Of a stretch of DNA of 32,000 bases, positions 1-8,635 are shown in pieces. The stretch is from Nonlabens ponticola (GTDB lineage: Bacteria; Bacteroidota; Bacteroidia; Flavobacteriales; Flavobacteriaceae). The notes under the pieces were generated by a model that saw only the letters and a list, made by a program, of their open reading frames with translations, made no database searches and was not told where the DNA came from. Position numbers and translations under genes: made by a program. Position 1 is the first letter of the stretch. Each line of letters starts with the position of its first letter. The stretch spans positions 1 to 32,000 of the forward strand of contig NZ_CP034549.1 in NCBI RefSeq assembly GCF_003966335.1, written 5' to 3'.

Positions 1-690
1 ATGGTCTCATGGGCGGCTTGAGTAATTTTCAAGGCGTTATTGATTTCTTTCCAGAAAAAAGGCTATCAGGTCATTGCGCCATCTTTACCACTTTACACCA
101 TGCCTCTGGTTAAAACTAGCGTAGGCACGTTTGCAAAACACATCAAGAAATTCATTGACCATCTAGGGTTGGAAGATGTCATTCTTTTAGGCAATTCGCT
201 AGGCGGACACATTGGTTTAGTGACTACAAAACTGTATCCAGAAAAAATCAAAGCACTCGTTATTACTGGAAGTTCTGGTTTGTATGAAAGTGCTATGGGC
301 GAGAGCTACCCTAAACGTGGTGACTATGAGTATATCAAGAAGAAGAGTGAAGATGTATTTTATGATCCTGCGGTAGCGACTAAGGAAATTGTAGATGAGG
401 TTTTTGGAGTGGTGAACGATCGTAAAAAATTGATTAAAACCTTGGCCATTGCAAAAAGCGCCATACGCCACAACATGTCAAAGGACTTGCCTAACATGAC
501 TACGCCTACCTGTATCATTTGGGGAAAGCAGGATGGCGTAACGCCACCAGATGTTGCCATTGAGTTTGATGAAAAGCTACCTGACAGCAAACTGTACTGG
601 ATTGATAAGTGCGGCCACGCAGCGATGATGGAGCATCCAGACGAGTTCAACGAGGTGCTGTATAGCTGGTTGCAAGAGCGACAATTCTAG
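1..690 (+). CDS. alpha/beta-fold hydrolase (5' end outside window; reading frame changes near nt 51)
   Basis: ORF 40..690 carries the nucleophile elbow GNSLGG and a C-terminal KCGHAAMMEHP histidine motif. nt 3-53 in another frame encode GLMGGLSNFQGVIDFF, which reads as the upstream continuation of the same protein. Removing one base from ttctttCCag at about nt 51 joins the two frames. Confidence 0.8.
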
Positions 691-715
691 AGATTATTCT
701 TTTACTTACTGAGTT

Positions 716-1320
716 ATGAAAATCAACACGGCAGAGTTTGTTATATCCAATCAGGACGTATCAAAATGCCCTAAGAACCGTATACCTGAATATGCCTTTA
801 TAGGTAGATCCAATGTGGGTAAATCTTCTTGATCAATATGCTGGCAGACCCATAAAAATCTAGCCAAAACATCTGGAAGACCTGGAAAACAACAACTCAT
901 TAATCACTTCTTGATCAACAAGGAATGGTATCTGGTAGATCTACCAGGTTATGGATATGCACGAGTTTTCAAAGTCAATAAGAAGAAGTTCCAGAAATTC
1001 ATTACGAATTATTTTGAGCAACGCGAGCAACTGGTAAGTGCATTTGTTCTTGTCGATATACGCCACGAGCCACAGCCTATTGACATGGAGTTCATGGAAT
1101 ACCTTGGTGTTAATGGCATACATTCAGTATTATATTTACTAAGGCTGATAAGTTGAAACCTAATGCAATAGATCGTAATGTAGAGGTCTACAAGAACATT
1201 TTGCTAGAAAGCATCTGGGAAGAGATACCACCTTACTTTATAACAAGCTCCAGCCATAAAACGGGTCGCGATGAGGTGCTTAACTACATCCAATCGATTA
1301 ATGAGAACATGAATCAGTGA
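716..1320 (+). pseudogene. engB: ribosome-biogenesis GTPase YihA/EngB, broken by three 1-nt frame changes as sequenced
   Basis: Stitching the frames gives [38 protein letters not shown]|LINMLAD|[39 protein letters not shown]...GVNGI|(P)[65 protein letters not shown]. The G1 (GRSNVGKSS), G3 (DLPGYGY) and G4 (TKADK) motifs are present. Breaks lie at about 829, 850 and 1120. Confidence 0.85.
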
Positions 1321-1544
1321 TCGTTGATGGTATTCTTTCTTATATCCTTTAATAAGTACTCGATACCTTCAACTTTCATATCGCAAACGGTTTGAAGATA
1401 TCTACCTAGCTTACCATCAGGAAATCCCTTGCGGCGATACCAGATATAATAAGGCTCTGGAATATCGCTCAAGAACTGTCCTTTGTATTTGCCATAAGGC
1501 ATCTTGTACCATGCAAGTTCAACAAGCGACTTTGGATCTAGCAA
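1314..1544 (-). CDS. DUF3820-family small protein
   Basis: This intact 76-aa ORF has the motif MPYGKYKGQFLSDIPEPYYIWYRRKGFPDGKLG, which is characteristic of the DUF3820 family. Its 3' end overlaps the engB 3' end. Confidence 0.65.
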   Translation of the reverse strand: MLDPKSLVELAWYKMPYGKYKGQFLSDIPEPYYIWYRRKGFPDGKLGRYLQTVCDMKVEGIEYLLKDIRKNTINDH

Positions 1545-1552
1545 ATGTCGCT

Positions 1553-1896
1553 TTAGGAATCCTTCTTAAGATCCAGCTTCTCTGCAAAGTAGTCGCAAAA
1601 GTCAAGCATCGTATCACGCATCTTCTCATCGTTGGTTGCTCGATGATAGGTATCTGCCATGCTTACCAGTGTCTGGTGAAAGAAGACACGCATCTCGTCA
1701 ACAGGCATATCCTTTGTCCATAAATCAATACGGAAGCTCTCTTTCTCGACGCTATCCCACATGGATACCATCATGGCTTTTGAAACGGCAGTATCACGCC
1801 ACCATCTGGCGCGCTCCACACGATGTTCTCGGGAACTCGATTCTCATCCAGCTCAATTCCTATACGTATCTCTGATCTTTTGCTCTTCTTACTCAT
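1553..1896 (-). pseudogene. gldC: gliding motility protein GldC, one 1-nt deletion at about 1796 as sequenced
   Basis: The N-terminal frame MSKKSKRSEIRIGIELDENRVPENIVWSAPDGGV joins the ORF 1553..1819 (DTAVSKAMMVSMWDSVEKESFRIDLWTKDMPVDEMRVFFHQTLVSMADTYHRATNDEKMRDTMLDFCDYFAEKL). This matches my memory of GldC. The gene lies 3 nt downstream of gldB. The 344-nt span becomes 345 nt if one base is restored. Confidence 0.8.
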
Positions 1897-1898
1897 TA

Positions 1899-2877
1899 CT
1901 ATCTTGCTGGTTTATATTTTGAATCGTTGAATAAAGTCGTTGCTGGCACACTAATTAAATCTTCTAGCTGTATAACGTTGTTATCCATATAAGCTGATAC
2001 GATCTTGTAACCTATGAATCGTGCAATCGCACCTGGAGTCTGGTTATCTATTTCTAGATAAAATTTAGAAAAAGGTCCAGGTGCCATAAATCTAGCTTGT
2101 AACTGTTGGTCGGTGCTGTACAACACATCATTATCAATGAAGTATCGCCACACTTGTTCCTCGCTATTGACCGCAAAATCATATTTCTCTTGAGAATATC
2201 CCAATCGATATGAAGCTGCCGTAGTTGGCGCAAATTGTTCCTGCAGGTACAGCAACTTACCGTGATAAATCATCTGGTCTAGAAATGTGCGGCCTTGAGC
2301 TGGTGGCACAAATAGTTGTGCATACTCCATGGCAACATCAGGTACGATATTCTCGGGATTCATGCGAGCAGTTTTGTACCTACTTATACCAGCATAAAGT
2401 TCATGGTCGCTGCCCAGATAGTTATCGATACCTATGATAAGATATTGCGGCGTGGCTACTACATTAAGATCGTCATCAACTTCAGTCAAGACAGTGACGA
2501 CATTAGTCTCTTTAAATTCTGGAAAGTAATACTTGACATGGCGCATCACATCTTCTACCTCATCCTGTAGTTGATCGTATTTAAAATCGGCCTCATTCAC
2601 GGCATTCATGAGTAGATTGTGGATGGTGTCGCGACCTTGAAGTTTTGCTAGCCAGATGCTATCGGGAACTGATGCAGGAAAAAAAAACCGGATACTCACT
2701 TTGAAAAGTTGGTAATTCTGCGGGTTTTAAATTGTCAAACTCTTGATGAAATTTGATAAACTCAACTTGCAATGGGATATTTGATATCTCGGCTTCTTGT
2801 TTGCTTGAAGATGTGCATGAGGATAACGCTTTCGCGAAAGCTAACACTACAAAAACCCTTAGCATCTTGTTAATCAT
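1899..2877 (-). pseudogene. gldB: gliding motility lipoprotein GldB, frame change inside an A9/T9 homopolymer
   Basis: ORF 2659..2877 supplies the signal peptide and lipobox (VVLAFAKALSSC) plus ...FQSEYPVFF. ORF 1899..2699 continues in another frame with PASVPDSIWLAKLQ... The join sits at the A-run 2679-2687. Gene order gldB-gldC matches Flavobacterium johnsoniae. Confidence 0.85.
2828..2842. repeat. palindrome core GCTTTCGCGAAAGC(T) embedded in gldB signal-peptide codons
   Basis: This is the same palindromic core as the intergenic copies at 6480, 12307 and 17127. It reads AFAKA on either strand. Confidence 0.7.
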
Positions 2878-2921
2878 AAGAACGTTGAAAAGAGATTGAA
2901 TATTTTTACAAAAATACGATT

Positions 2922-3709
2922 ATGAAGGTAGATCTAGTAGCACAGGCTATTGCAAAATGGCTTAAAGATTATGCTGATAACGCAGGCGTCAAAGGATATG
3001 TTGTTGGAGTAAGCGGTGGTATTGATAGCGCGGTGACCTCATCTCTTTGCGCACTAACAGGGCTGGATGTCTTGTGCGTTGAGATGCCTATACATCAGCA
3101 TAAAGATCATGTAACGCGTGCGCAGGAACATATCAAACAACTCAAAGCGCGATTTGACAACGTGCGTGACGTGCGCAGTGACCTTACACCAGTATTTGAC
3201 AGTTTTATAGCTGCCATGCCTGAGAGTGAGATGAATGACCTGGTGGCACTAACCCAAGGAAACACGAGAGCACGATTAAGAATGACTACACTTTATTATC
3301 ACGCAGGGATCAATGGACTATTAGTCGCAGGTACGGGAAATAAAGTAGAAGATTTTGGTGTAGGATTTTACACCAAATACGGTGATGGTGGCGTCGATGT
3401 AAGTCCCATTGCCGATTTATTAAAAAGTCAAGTATATAAATTAGGAAATATTTACAGGTTCCTGAAAGCATCATGACTGCAGCTCCCAGCGACGGACTTT
3501 ATGGTGCAGAAAAAACCGATGAAGACCAGATAGGCGCGAGTTATGATGAGCTTGAATGGGCTATGAAACAAGTAGATAAGGATAAAACTGTAGATGCTTT
3601 TAAAGGACGTGAAAGAGAAGTCTTAAACATATATTTAACGTTGAATAGACGTAACCAGCACAAGATGAAACCTATACCTGTTTGGGAATTTCCAACTCAA
3701 TTACAATAA
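2922..3709 (+). pseudogene. nadE: NH3-dependent NAD+ synthetase, one 1-nt deletion at about 3447 as sequenced
   Basis: The PP-loop SGGIDS is present, with GTGNKVEDFGVGFYTKYGDGGVDVSPIADLLKSQVYKLG. The frame then shifts to (K)YLQVPESIMTAAPSDGLYGAEKTDEDQIGASYDELEW. The 788-nt span becomes 789 nt with one A restored in ggAAAtat. Confidence 0.9.
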
Positions 3710-3780
3710 GTTTAACCATAAAGTGCTGTGAAGTACGTATTTACCTACGAATATTAACGGTAAAAAGTGTTTATTGATTC

Positions 3781-3788
3781 TATCTTTG
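3781..3788 (+). promoter_or_regulatory. candidate Bacteroidota sigma-A -7 box (TATCTTTG)
   Basis: This is an exact match to TAnnTTTG, 17 nt upstream of the response-regulator ATG at 3805. I found no clear -33 TTG at the expected spacing. Confidence 0.3.
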
Positions 3789-3804
3789 TATCAAACAAAT
3801 GTTC

Positions 3805-4430
3805 ATGAAAGTTCTTTTGGCAGATCATCATCCTCTATTTAGGCGTGTATCAAAAGCATGATGAAAAGCAGTAAGAAATTCAACTTTAAAGGTAAGGTTG
3901 AAGATGGACGTTTCTTGATATCTGAAATTCAAAAATTATCTCCAGACATTCTTGTTCTTGAAGTTGATCTACCTAACTCTAATGGAGTAGGCGTTCTAAG
4001 AGAATTGAGAACCGAGTTTCCAGATCTTAAAGTACTAGTAGTAAGCTGTCATCCAGAAGAGATTTATGCTCATTCATCCATAAAAGCTGGAGCTAACGGG
4101 TACATTGCCAAAACAAGATCAGTCAAGGAAGTGAAAAAAGCTTTTGAGACTGTTGCAGCTGGGAAGAAATTTCTATCAGAGAATATTAAAAGAAAAGAAA
4201 GCAATAAAGCCACTAGCGCTGAAGTGCTGAGATTTAAAACACTTTCTACCAGAGAGATTGAGGTCCTTAACCTACTTTCAAGAGGTAAGCGCAATAAAGA
4301 GATCGCTCAATCACTAGCCATCAATGAGAAAACTGTAAGTACTTATAAGACTCGTTTACTCAAAAAGTTGAATGTAGATAACATTGCAGAGCTGATCCAC
4401 CAGTCTCGATTGTTGCAAATTACCAACTAG
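3805..4430 (+). pseudogene. NarL/LuxR-family response regulator (REC + HTH), one 1-nt deletion at about 3846 as sequenced; atypical receiver
   Basis: MKVLLADHHPLFRR in one frame continues as (G)IKSMMKSS... in ORF 3858..4430. The C-terminal LuxR HTH is LSTREIEVLNLLSRGKRNKEIAQSLAINEKTVSTYKTRLLKKL. Confidence 0.85.
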
Positions 4431-6383
4431 ATTACCCTATTCAATCGTTTACCTAGATCACGATAAAGAGCTTGATAGTTCTTTATTTGTGTTAATACTT
4501 CGAGATTAGAAGCTTCTGGATCGCTGGATATATCATCCATAGCAGCATTCACTTTCTTATCAATCAATAACCTACGGAAGTTTAGAATCGTTTCAGTCAA
4601 ATACCGACTAATCATATCTTCTTTTTGAGTGACAAAAATTTGCTTGTCTTCCCAACGACTCAATGCATGTCTATCTTCATCCATAATGAGATCTGCTACC
4701 AGTTGTGCTTCTTGATCATCAAGCTCTGTCATGACGATGTTCATATCAATCTTGCCTTGCAGCAGCATCATATCGATGAGCTTAGGATAAAGATTCTTGA
4801 AGTAAGTATTGCTGAACTCAAACTCATCAGACTGTAGTTCTAGAAACATTTTTTCATACACTGGTCGCTCAGACTTCATCTGTTCCATCTCAATTTCACC
4901 TTCTACGCTATCTTGATAAAACACCTCTTCAAACACCTCGCTGCGATCACCATACATGAGTAAGATTTTGATGAGCGTGCGCTCCAGTACTTCTCTTCTA
5001 TCGACAGTCTCGCTGGCTACGGTCTCTACTTTTTTGAGTCTATCGACCTCTTTATCGCGACGCTGTTTATCTCTTGTTTGCGTTACGGATGCGTTGCGCA
5101 CCTGGGCGAGAGTCGAGAACAGCACGTCTTCTCCTATTTCAAGGATCTCAGCACTTTCTCGCACAAATATCTCTCGTGAGATATCGTCTGGTATTTTGGC
5201 AATGCTTTGTACGATCTCGCGTATCATACTTGCCTTTTTTATGGGATCGCCTGCAGCCTCATCCTTGAGCAAGCTGGATTTGAACCTGATAAAATCTACC
5301 GCATTCTCACTTAAAAATTCCTGTATCTCGCTTTGTGTGTGAGATTTTGCAAAACTATCTGGATCTTCTCCTTCAGGAAACGTGCATACGCGCACATTCA
5401 TCCCAGCTTCAAGAATAAGGTCAATACCACGTATAGCGCGCGCATTCCAGCGGCATCACCATCATATAAAACAGTGATGTTTTTAGTAAGTCTGCTTATG
5501 AGCCTTATCTGGTCTGTCGTGAGCGCTGTACCAGAGCTGGATACCACATTTTGAACGCCAGCCTGATAGAGCTGGATGACATCCGTATAGCCTTCAACTA
5601 GATAACATAGGTCCTCTTTGGCAATCGCCTGTTTTGCTTCATAGATGCCGTACAGTACTTTGGACTTGTCATAGATCTCACTTTGCGGCGAGTTGAGATA
5701 TTTCGCTGCTTTTTTTGAACTGTCTAATATCCTGCCGCCAAAACCCAGCACACGACCCGACATACTGCGTATAGGAAACATCACGCGCCCCTTAAAGCGA
5801 TCAAATTGCTTATCTTCCTTAACAATCGTGAGACCTGTTTTCTCAAGAAACTCTAGCTTGTAGCCAGCCTTGATAGCAGCATCTGTAAGCGCACTCCAAT
5901 TATCTGGAGAGTATCCCAGCTGGAAAAATTCAATGGTCTCATCACTAAAACCACGCTCTTTGAAATAGCTGTAGCCTACTGCTTTGCCTTCGCCGGTTTT
6001 AAGTTGATCATGAAACCACTGTGCCGTATATTTTGAGACCATAAACATGGACTCCTTCTCGTCCTGTTGTTGTTTTTGCTCATCAGTCTGCTCAGTCTCC
6101 TCGATCTCAATACCGTACTTTTTGGCGAGGTATTTTATGGCTTCGGGATACGTGAGATGCTCGTGCTCCATGATAAAGGATACTGCCGTACCGCCTTTAC
6201 CTGATGAAAAATCCTTCCATATTTGCTTGACGGGCGACACCATAAAACTAGGTGTGCGCTCGTCTGAAAATGGCTCAGGCCCTTGAAGTTGGATCCTGAT
6301 TTCTTGAGCTGCACAAAATCACCTATCACCTCTTCTACCCTTGCGGTGTCAAAAACGGCATCTATGGTAGCTCTTGATATCAA
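4427..6383 (-). pseudogene. dnaG: DNA primase DnaG, split into three frames by two 1-nt deletions (about 6272 and 5436) as sequenced
   Basis: Three collinear ORFs (6135..6383, 5398..6243, 4427..5401) read MISRATIDAVFDTARVEEVIGDFVQLKKSGSNFKGLS|(P)FSDERTPSFMVSPVKQIWKDFSSGKGG...LVEGYTDVIQLYQAGVQNVVSSSGTALT...VLYDGDAAGMRA|(A)IRGIDLILEAGMNVRVCTFPEGEDPDSF. The TOPRIM motifs EGYTDV and DGDAAG are present. Confidence 0.95.
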
Positions 6384-6479
6384 CTCTTAATTTTTGCTGG
6401 TTCACCCCAATTTTTATATCAACACAGATAGTTGACGTCCCAAAAAGTAGGATCGTAAAAATAGGGATTATTGATGGTC

Positions 6480-6497
6480 ACGCTTTCGCGAAAGCGT
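6480..6497. repeat. perfect 18-bp palindrome ACGCTTTCGCGAAAGCGT (REP-like intergenic element)
   Basis: The sequence is self-complementary. It lies between the stop of the 6537 beta-barrel gene and the dnaG start. Confidence 0.85.
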
Positions 6498-6536
6498 AAA
6501 AACCATTAACAATCCTGCAATAAAAAGGCTGTTGTC

Positions 6537-7331
6537 TTATCTAAATCTAAAGCCGATGCTGGCGTACTGTTGATCTACAGGTGAATCCTTAAAAATACTA
6601 TTGAGACCATATTTTGCAAAAATTTGTAATGCGCCGTTACCAACGTAGGCACTAAGACCATAGACAAAATCTTCCATCTCATAATCATTGTAACGTCGCG
6701 TGGTGACGTCGCGCCCTTCATTCTCAAACTTGAGCAATTGGTTTGTCGCGGCATTGATACCTAAGTATCCACCCAATCCTATCGTCCAACTTTCAACATC
6801 ATCGTACCTAGTAACACCGTTGTCATAGGTTATTTTATCCTGCTTACCGAATTCAAGATGCACCGGCGCAATGATGGTAAGCTGTTCAAATTTTGATTTA
6901 TCAACGTTGAATCCGACTGGTTGTAATCTAGTAACGTCACCGCTAGTCTCAAACTCTTTATTATCGTTAATGCGCAGCGTTTGCCATTGAAACGACAAAC
7001 CGTAATTGAAACGTACGGTGTTTGCCTTGTTTACTTTAGTGCTGAACTCCAATCCAAGCTCCCATATCCCAGAACCCCAAAAGCGGTAGTCCTCGCCAAT
7101 ACCGTTGTCATCGCCTAATGCTTGATTCCAGCCAACAGCAAAAACACCATTGGTGACCGTTTTTACATCGCGGTCCTCTCGTGAGCTATCAAAAGCGTCT
7201 AGAAAGTCGCTAGGCACTTCTTGAGTGTCCTGATCGTCATCGTTATCATCCTGCGCGTAGGACAGTGTAAATGCAAGTAAGCAAATTGATGAGAGAAAGA
7301 ATTTTTTCATAGGTTTTTGTTTTAATTTCAT
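6537..7331 (-). CDS. outer-membrane beta-barrel (porin-family) protein
   Basis: It has a signal peptide (MKKFFLSSICLLAFTLSYAQ), alternating beta-strand patterns and a C-terminal aromatic end (IGFRFR). It is a paralog of the C-terminal half of the 7407..8558 product. The start may be the internal ATG at about 7310. Confidence 0.65.
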   Translation of the reverse strand: MKLKQKPMKKFFLSSICLLAFTLSYAQDDNDDDQDTQEVPSDFLDAFDSSREDRDVKTVTNGVFAVGWNQALGDDNGIGEDYRFWGSGIWELGLEFSTKVNKANTVRFNYGLSFQWQTLRINDNKEFETSGDVTRLQPVGFNVDKSKFEQLTIIAPVHLEFGKQDKITYDNGVTRYDDVESWTIGLGGYLGINAATNQLLKFENEGRDVTTRRYNDYEMEDFVYGLSAYVGNGALQIFAKYGLNSIFKDSPVDQQYASIGFRFR

Positions 7332-7340
7332 TAAAGATAA

Positions 7341-7371
7341 AAGAACCCTTGCGATAATTGAAAGGGTTCTT
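7341..7371 (-). terminator. rho-independent terminator after the 7407..8558 gene
   Basis: A 10-bp stem (AAGAACCCTT / AAGGGTTCTT) has an 11-nt loop. A T-rich tract (TTTATCTTT) follows on the minus strand. Confidence 0.6.
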
Positions 7372-7406
7372 TACTAGCTAACATGAAAACTTATCTTGGT
7401 CTTACC

Positions 7407-8558
7407 TTAGTCTGTCTGTAATCTAATACCAAAAGCCACGTACTGCCCATCAACAGATCCGGATTGAAATATGTCATTTAAGCCAAGCCTACCAAATAAT
7501 GACCATGAGTCAAACCCAACATATGCATCAACTCCATAGACCAGTACTTGATTGTCAAATGCATTAATTGTAGTCTGTTTGATATCTGCGCCTGCTAGAT
7601 CATATTTATACTTAAGTCTGCTACTCAAATTGAAACCAGCATAACCACCTATACCAAATTTGAGCTGATCATAATTGTAATATCTCTCGCGACCATCCTC
7701 GTAGGTTTTTTTATAGCGTGGACCAAATTCCAAGTGCATAGGAAATACGAATTGATCTTGTCTGAACTTCGCTTTATCCGCGTTAAAAGTCAATCGCTCA
7801 ATCTGGGTATTATCAGGATCATCAATCGTAAAAGCTCTATTTCCATTAAGCTCAGTTCCTTGTGTTTGGTATTCTACACCGTATCGCCAGCGTATCGTCT
7901 GACTCTTATTCAATGCAGTGATCCAAGTTATACCTAGGGAAAAGTAGTTGTTGTTTCCATAACTGAAATCGTCAATTCCTAAGTCATTACCATCAATAAA
8001 GTTATACCCAAAGCCTAAAGACAAGCCAGATGTAGTTTTGATTTGCTTTTTATATTTATTAGTGTTCTTACCTATTTCAAACTCCATTGCCGTGTTGTTC
8101 AATAGCTTTACGCCATCACTGCCAAGGGAAGCATAATTCAATTCAGTAGATTCAAATTTTAACTTTGCTTCAATAAGCTTATTGTATGCGTCAATTTTAT
8201 CTGCATAAGTCTGTGCGGTAAGCTCTTTATCTCTGCTTGCCATCGCGGCTGTGTAAGCATCATTTTGCTCCTGACGCTGATTTATCTTTTCTATTTTCTC
8301 GGCTAATTCAGTGCGCTGATTAGATTCGTAAAGACGTCTATCTTCCTTAAGTTCATCAATGCGTTCCAATCTTTTGGTTTCACTTCTCAAGAAAGCCTTT
8401 TCAGAATTATAATAAAACTTCGAAACTTTTCCATCTACGGTGTCGGTAACCACGTAATATTCACCTTCCTGAACTCCCGTTTTTAAATTCTGCGAACGGC
8501 TTAAAAGGATGCCAGCAAATGATAAAGTTAATGTGATAAGTAATTTTTGATTTTTCAT
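7407..8558 (-). CDS. coiled-coil plus outer-membrane beta-barrel protein
   Basis: A signal peptide is followed by about 130 aa of charged heptad-like sequence (RLERIDELKEDRRLYESNQRTELAEKIEKINQRQEQ...). The C-terminal barrel is homologous to the 6537..7331 product (PMHLEFG/PVHLEFG, GIGGYAG/GLGGYLG, AYVG, YVAFGIRL/YASIGFRF). Confidence 0.6.
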   Translation of the reverse strand: MKNQKLLITLTLSFAGILLSRSQNLKTGVQEGEYYVVTDTVDGKVSKFYYNSEKAFLRSETKRLERIDELKEDRRLYESNQRTELAEKIEKINQRQEQNDAYTAAMASRDKELTAQTYADKIDAYNKLIEAKLKFESTELNYASLGSDGVKLLNNTAMEFEIGKNTNKYKKQIKTTSGLSLGFGYNFIDGNDLGIDDFSYGNNNYFSLGITWITALNKSQTIRWRYGVEYQTQGTELNGNRAFTIDDPDNTQIERLTFNADKAKFRQDQFVFPMHLEFGPRYKKTYEDGRERYYNYDQLKFGIGGYAGFNLSSRLKYKYDLAGADIKQTTINAFDNQVLVYGVDAYVGFDSWSLFGRLGLNDIFQSGSVDGQYVAFGIRLQTD

Positions 8559-8635
8559 GATGCTTGTTTTTTTGATATTGAATTCCTGTCGGCACTAATT
8601 AAAATGCTGATTATTATTGATTTATGTATTGTGGT

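Noticed and set aside
4427-4430. Convergent genes share overlapping stop codons: CTAG for the response regulator and dnaG, and similarly engB and the DUF3820 gene at 1314-1320
   Set aside because: The overlaps are real, but they are ordinary consequences of compact genomes and I see no further signal.
4625-5554. Several 64-128-aa + strand ORFs antisense to dnaG (for example 4956..5342)
   Set aside because: They lie entirely within the well-supported dnaG coding region on the opposite strand. Their products are Ser/Leu-rich low-complexity sequences, typical of antisense shadows.
716-6383. Programmed ribosomal frameshifting or stop-codon recoding as an explanation for the broken genes
   Set aside because: None of the affected genes (engB, gldC, gldB, nadE, dnaG, the response regulator) is known to use recoding. 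The sites lack slippery heptamers or stimulatory structures. Ten events in 6.4 kb followed by none in 25.6 kb fits localised sequence error far better.
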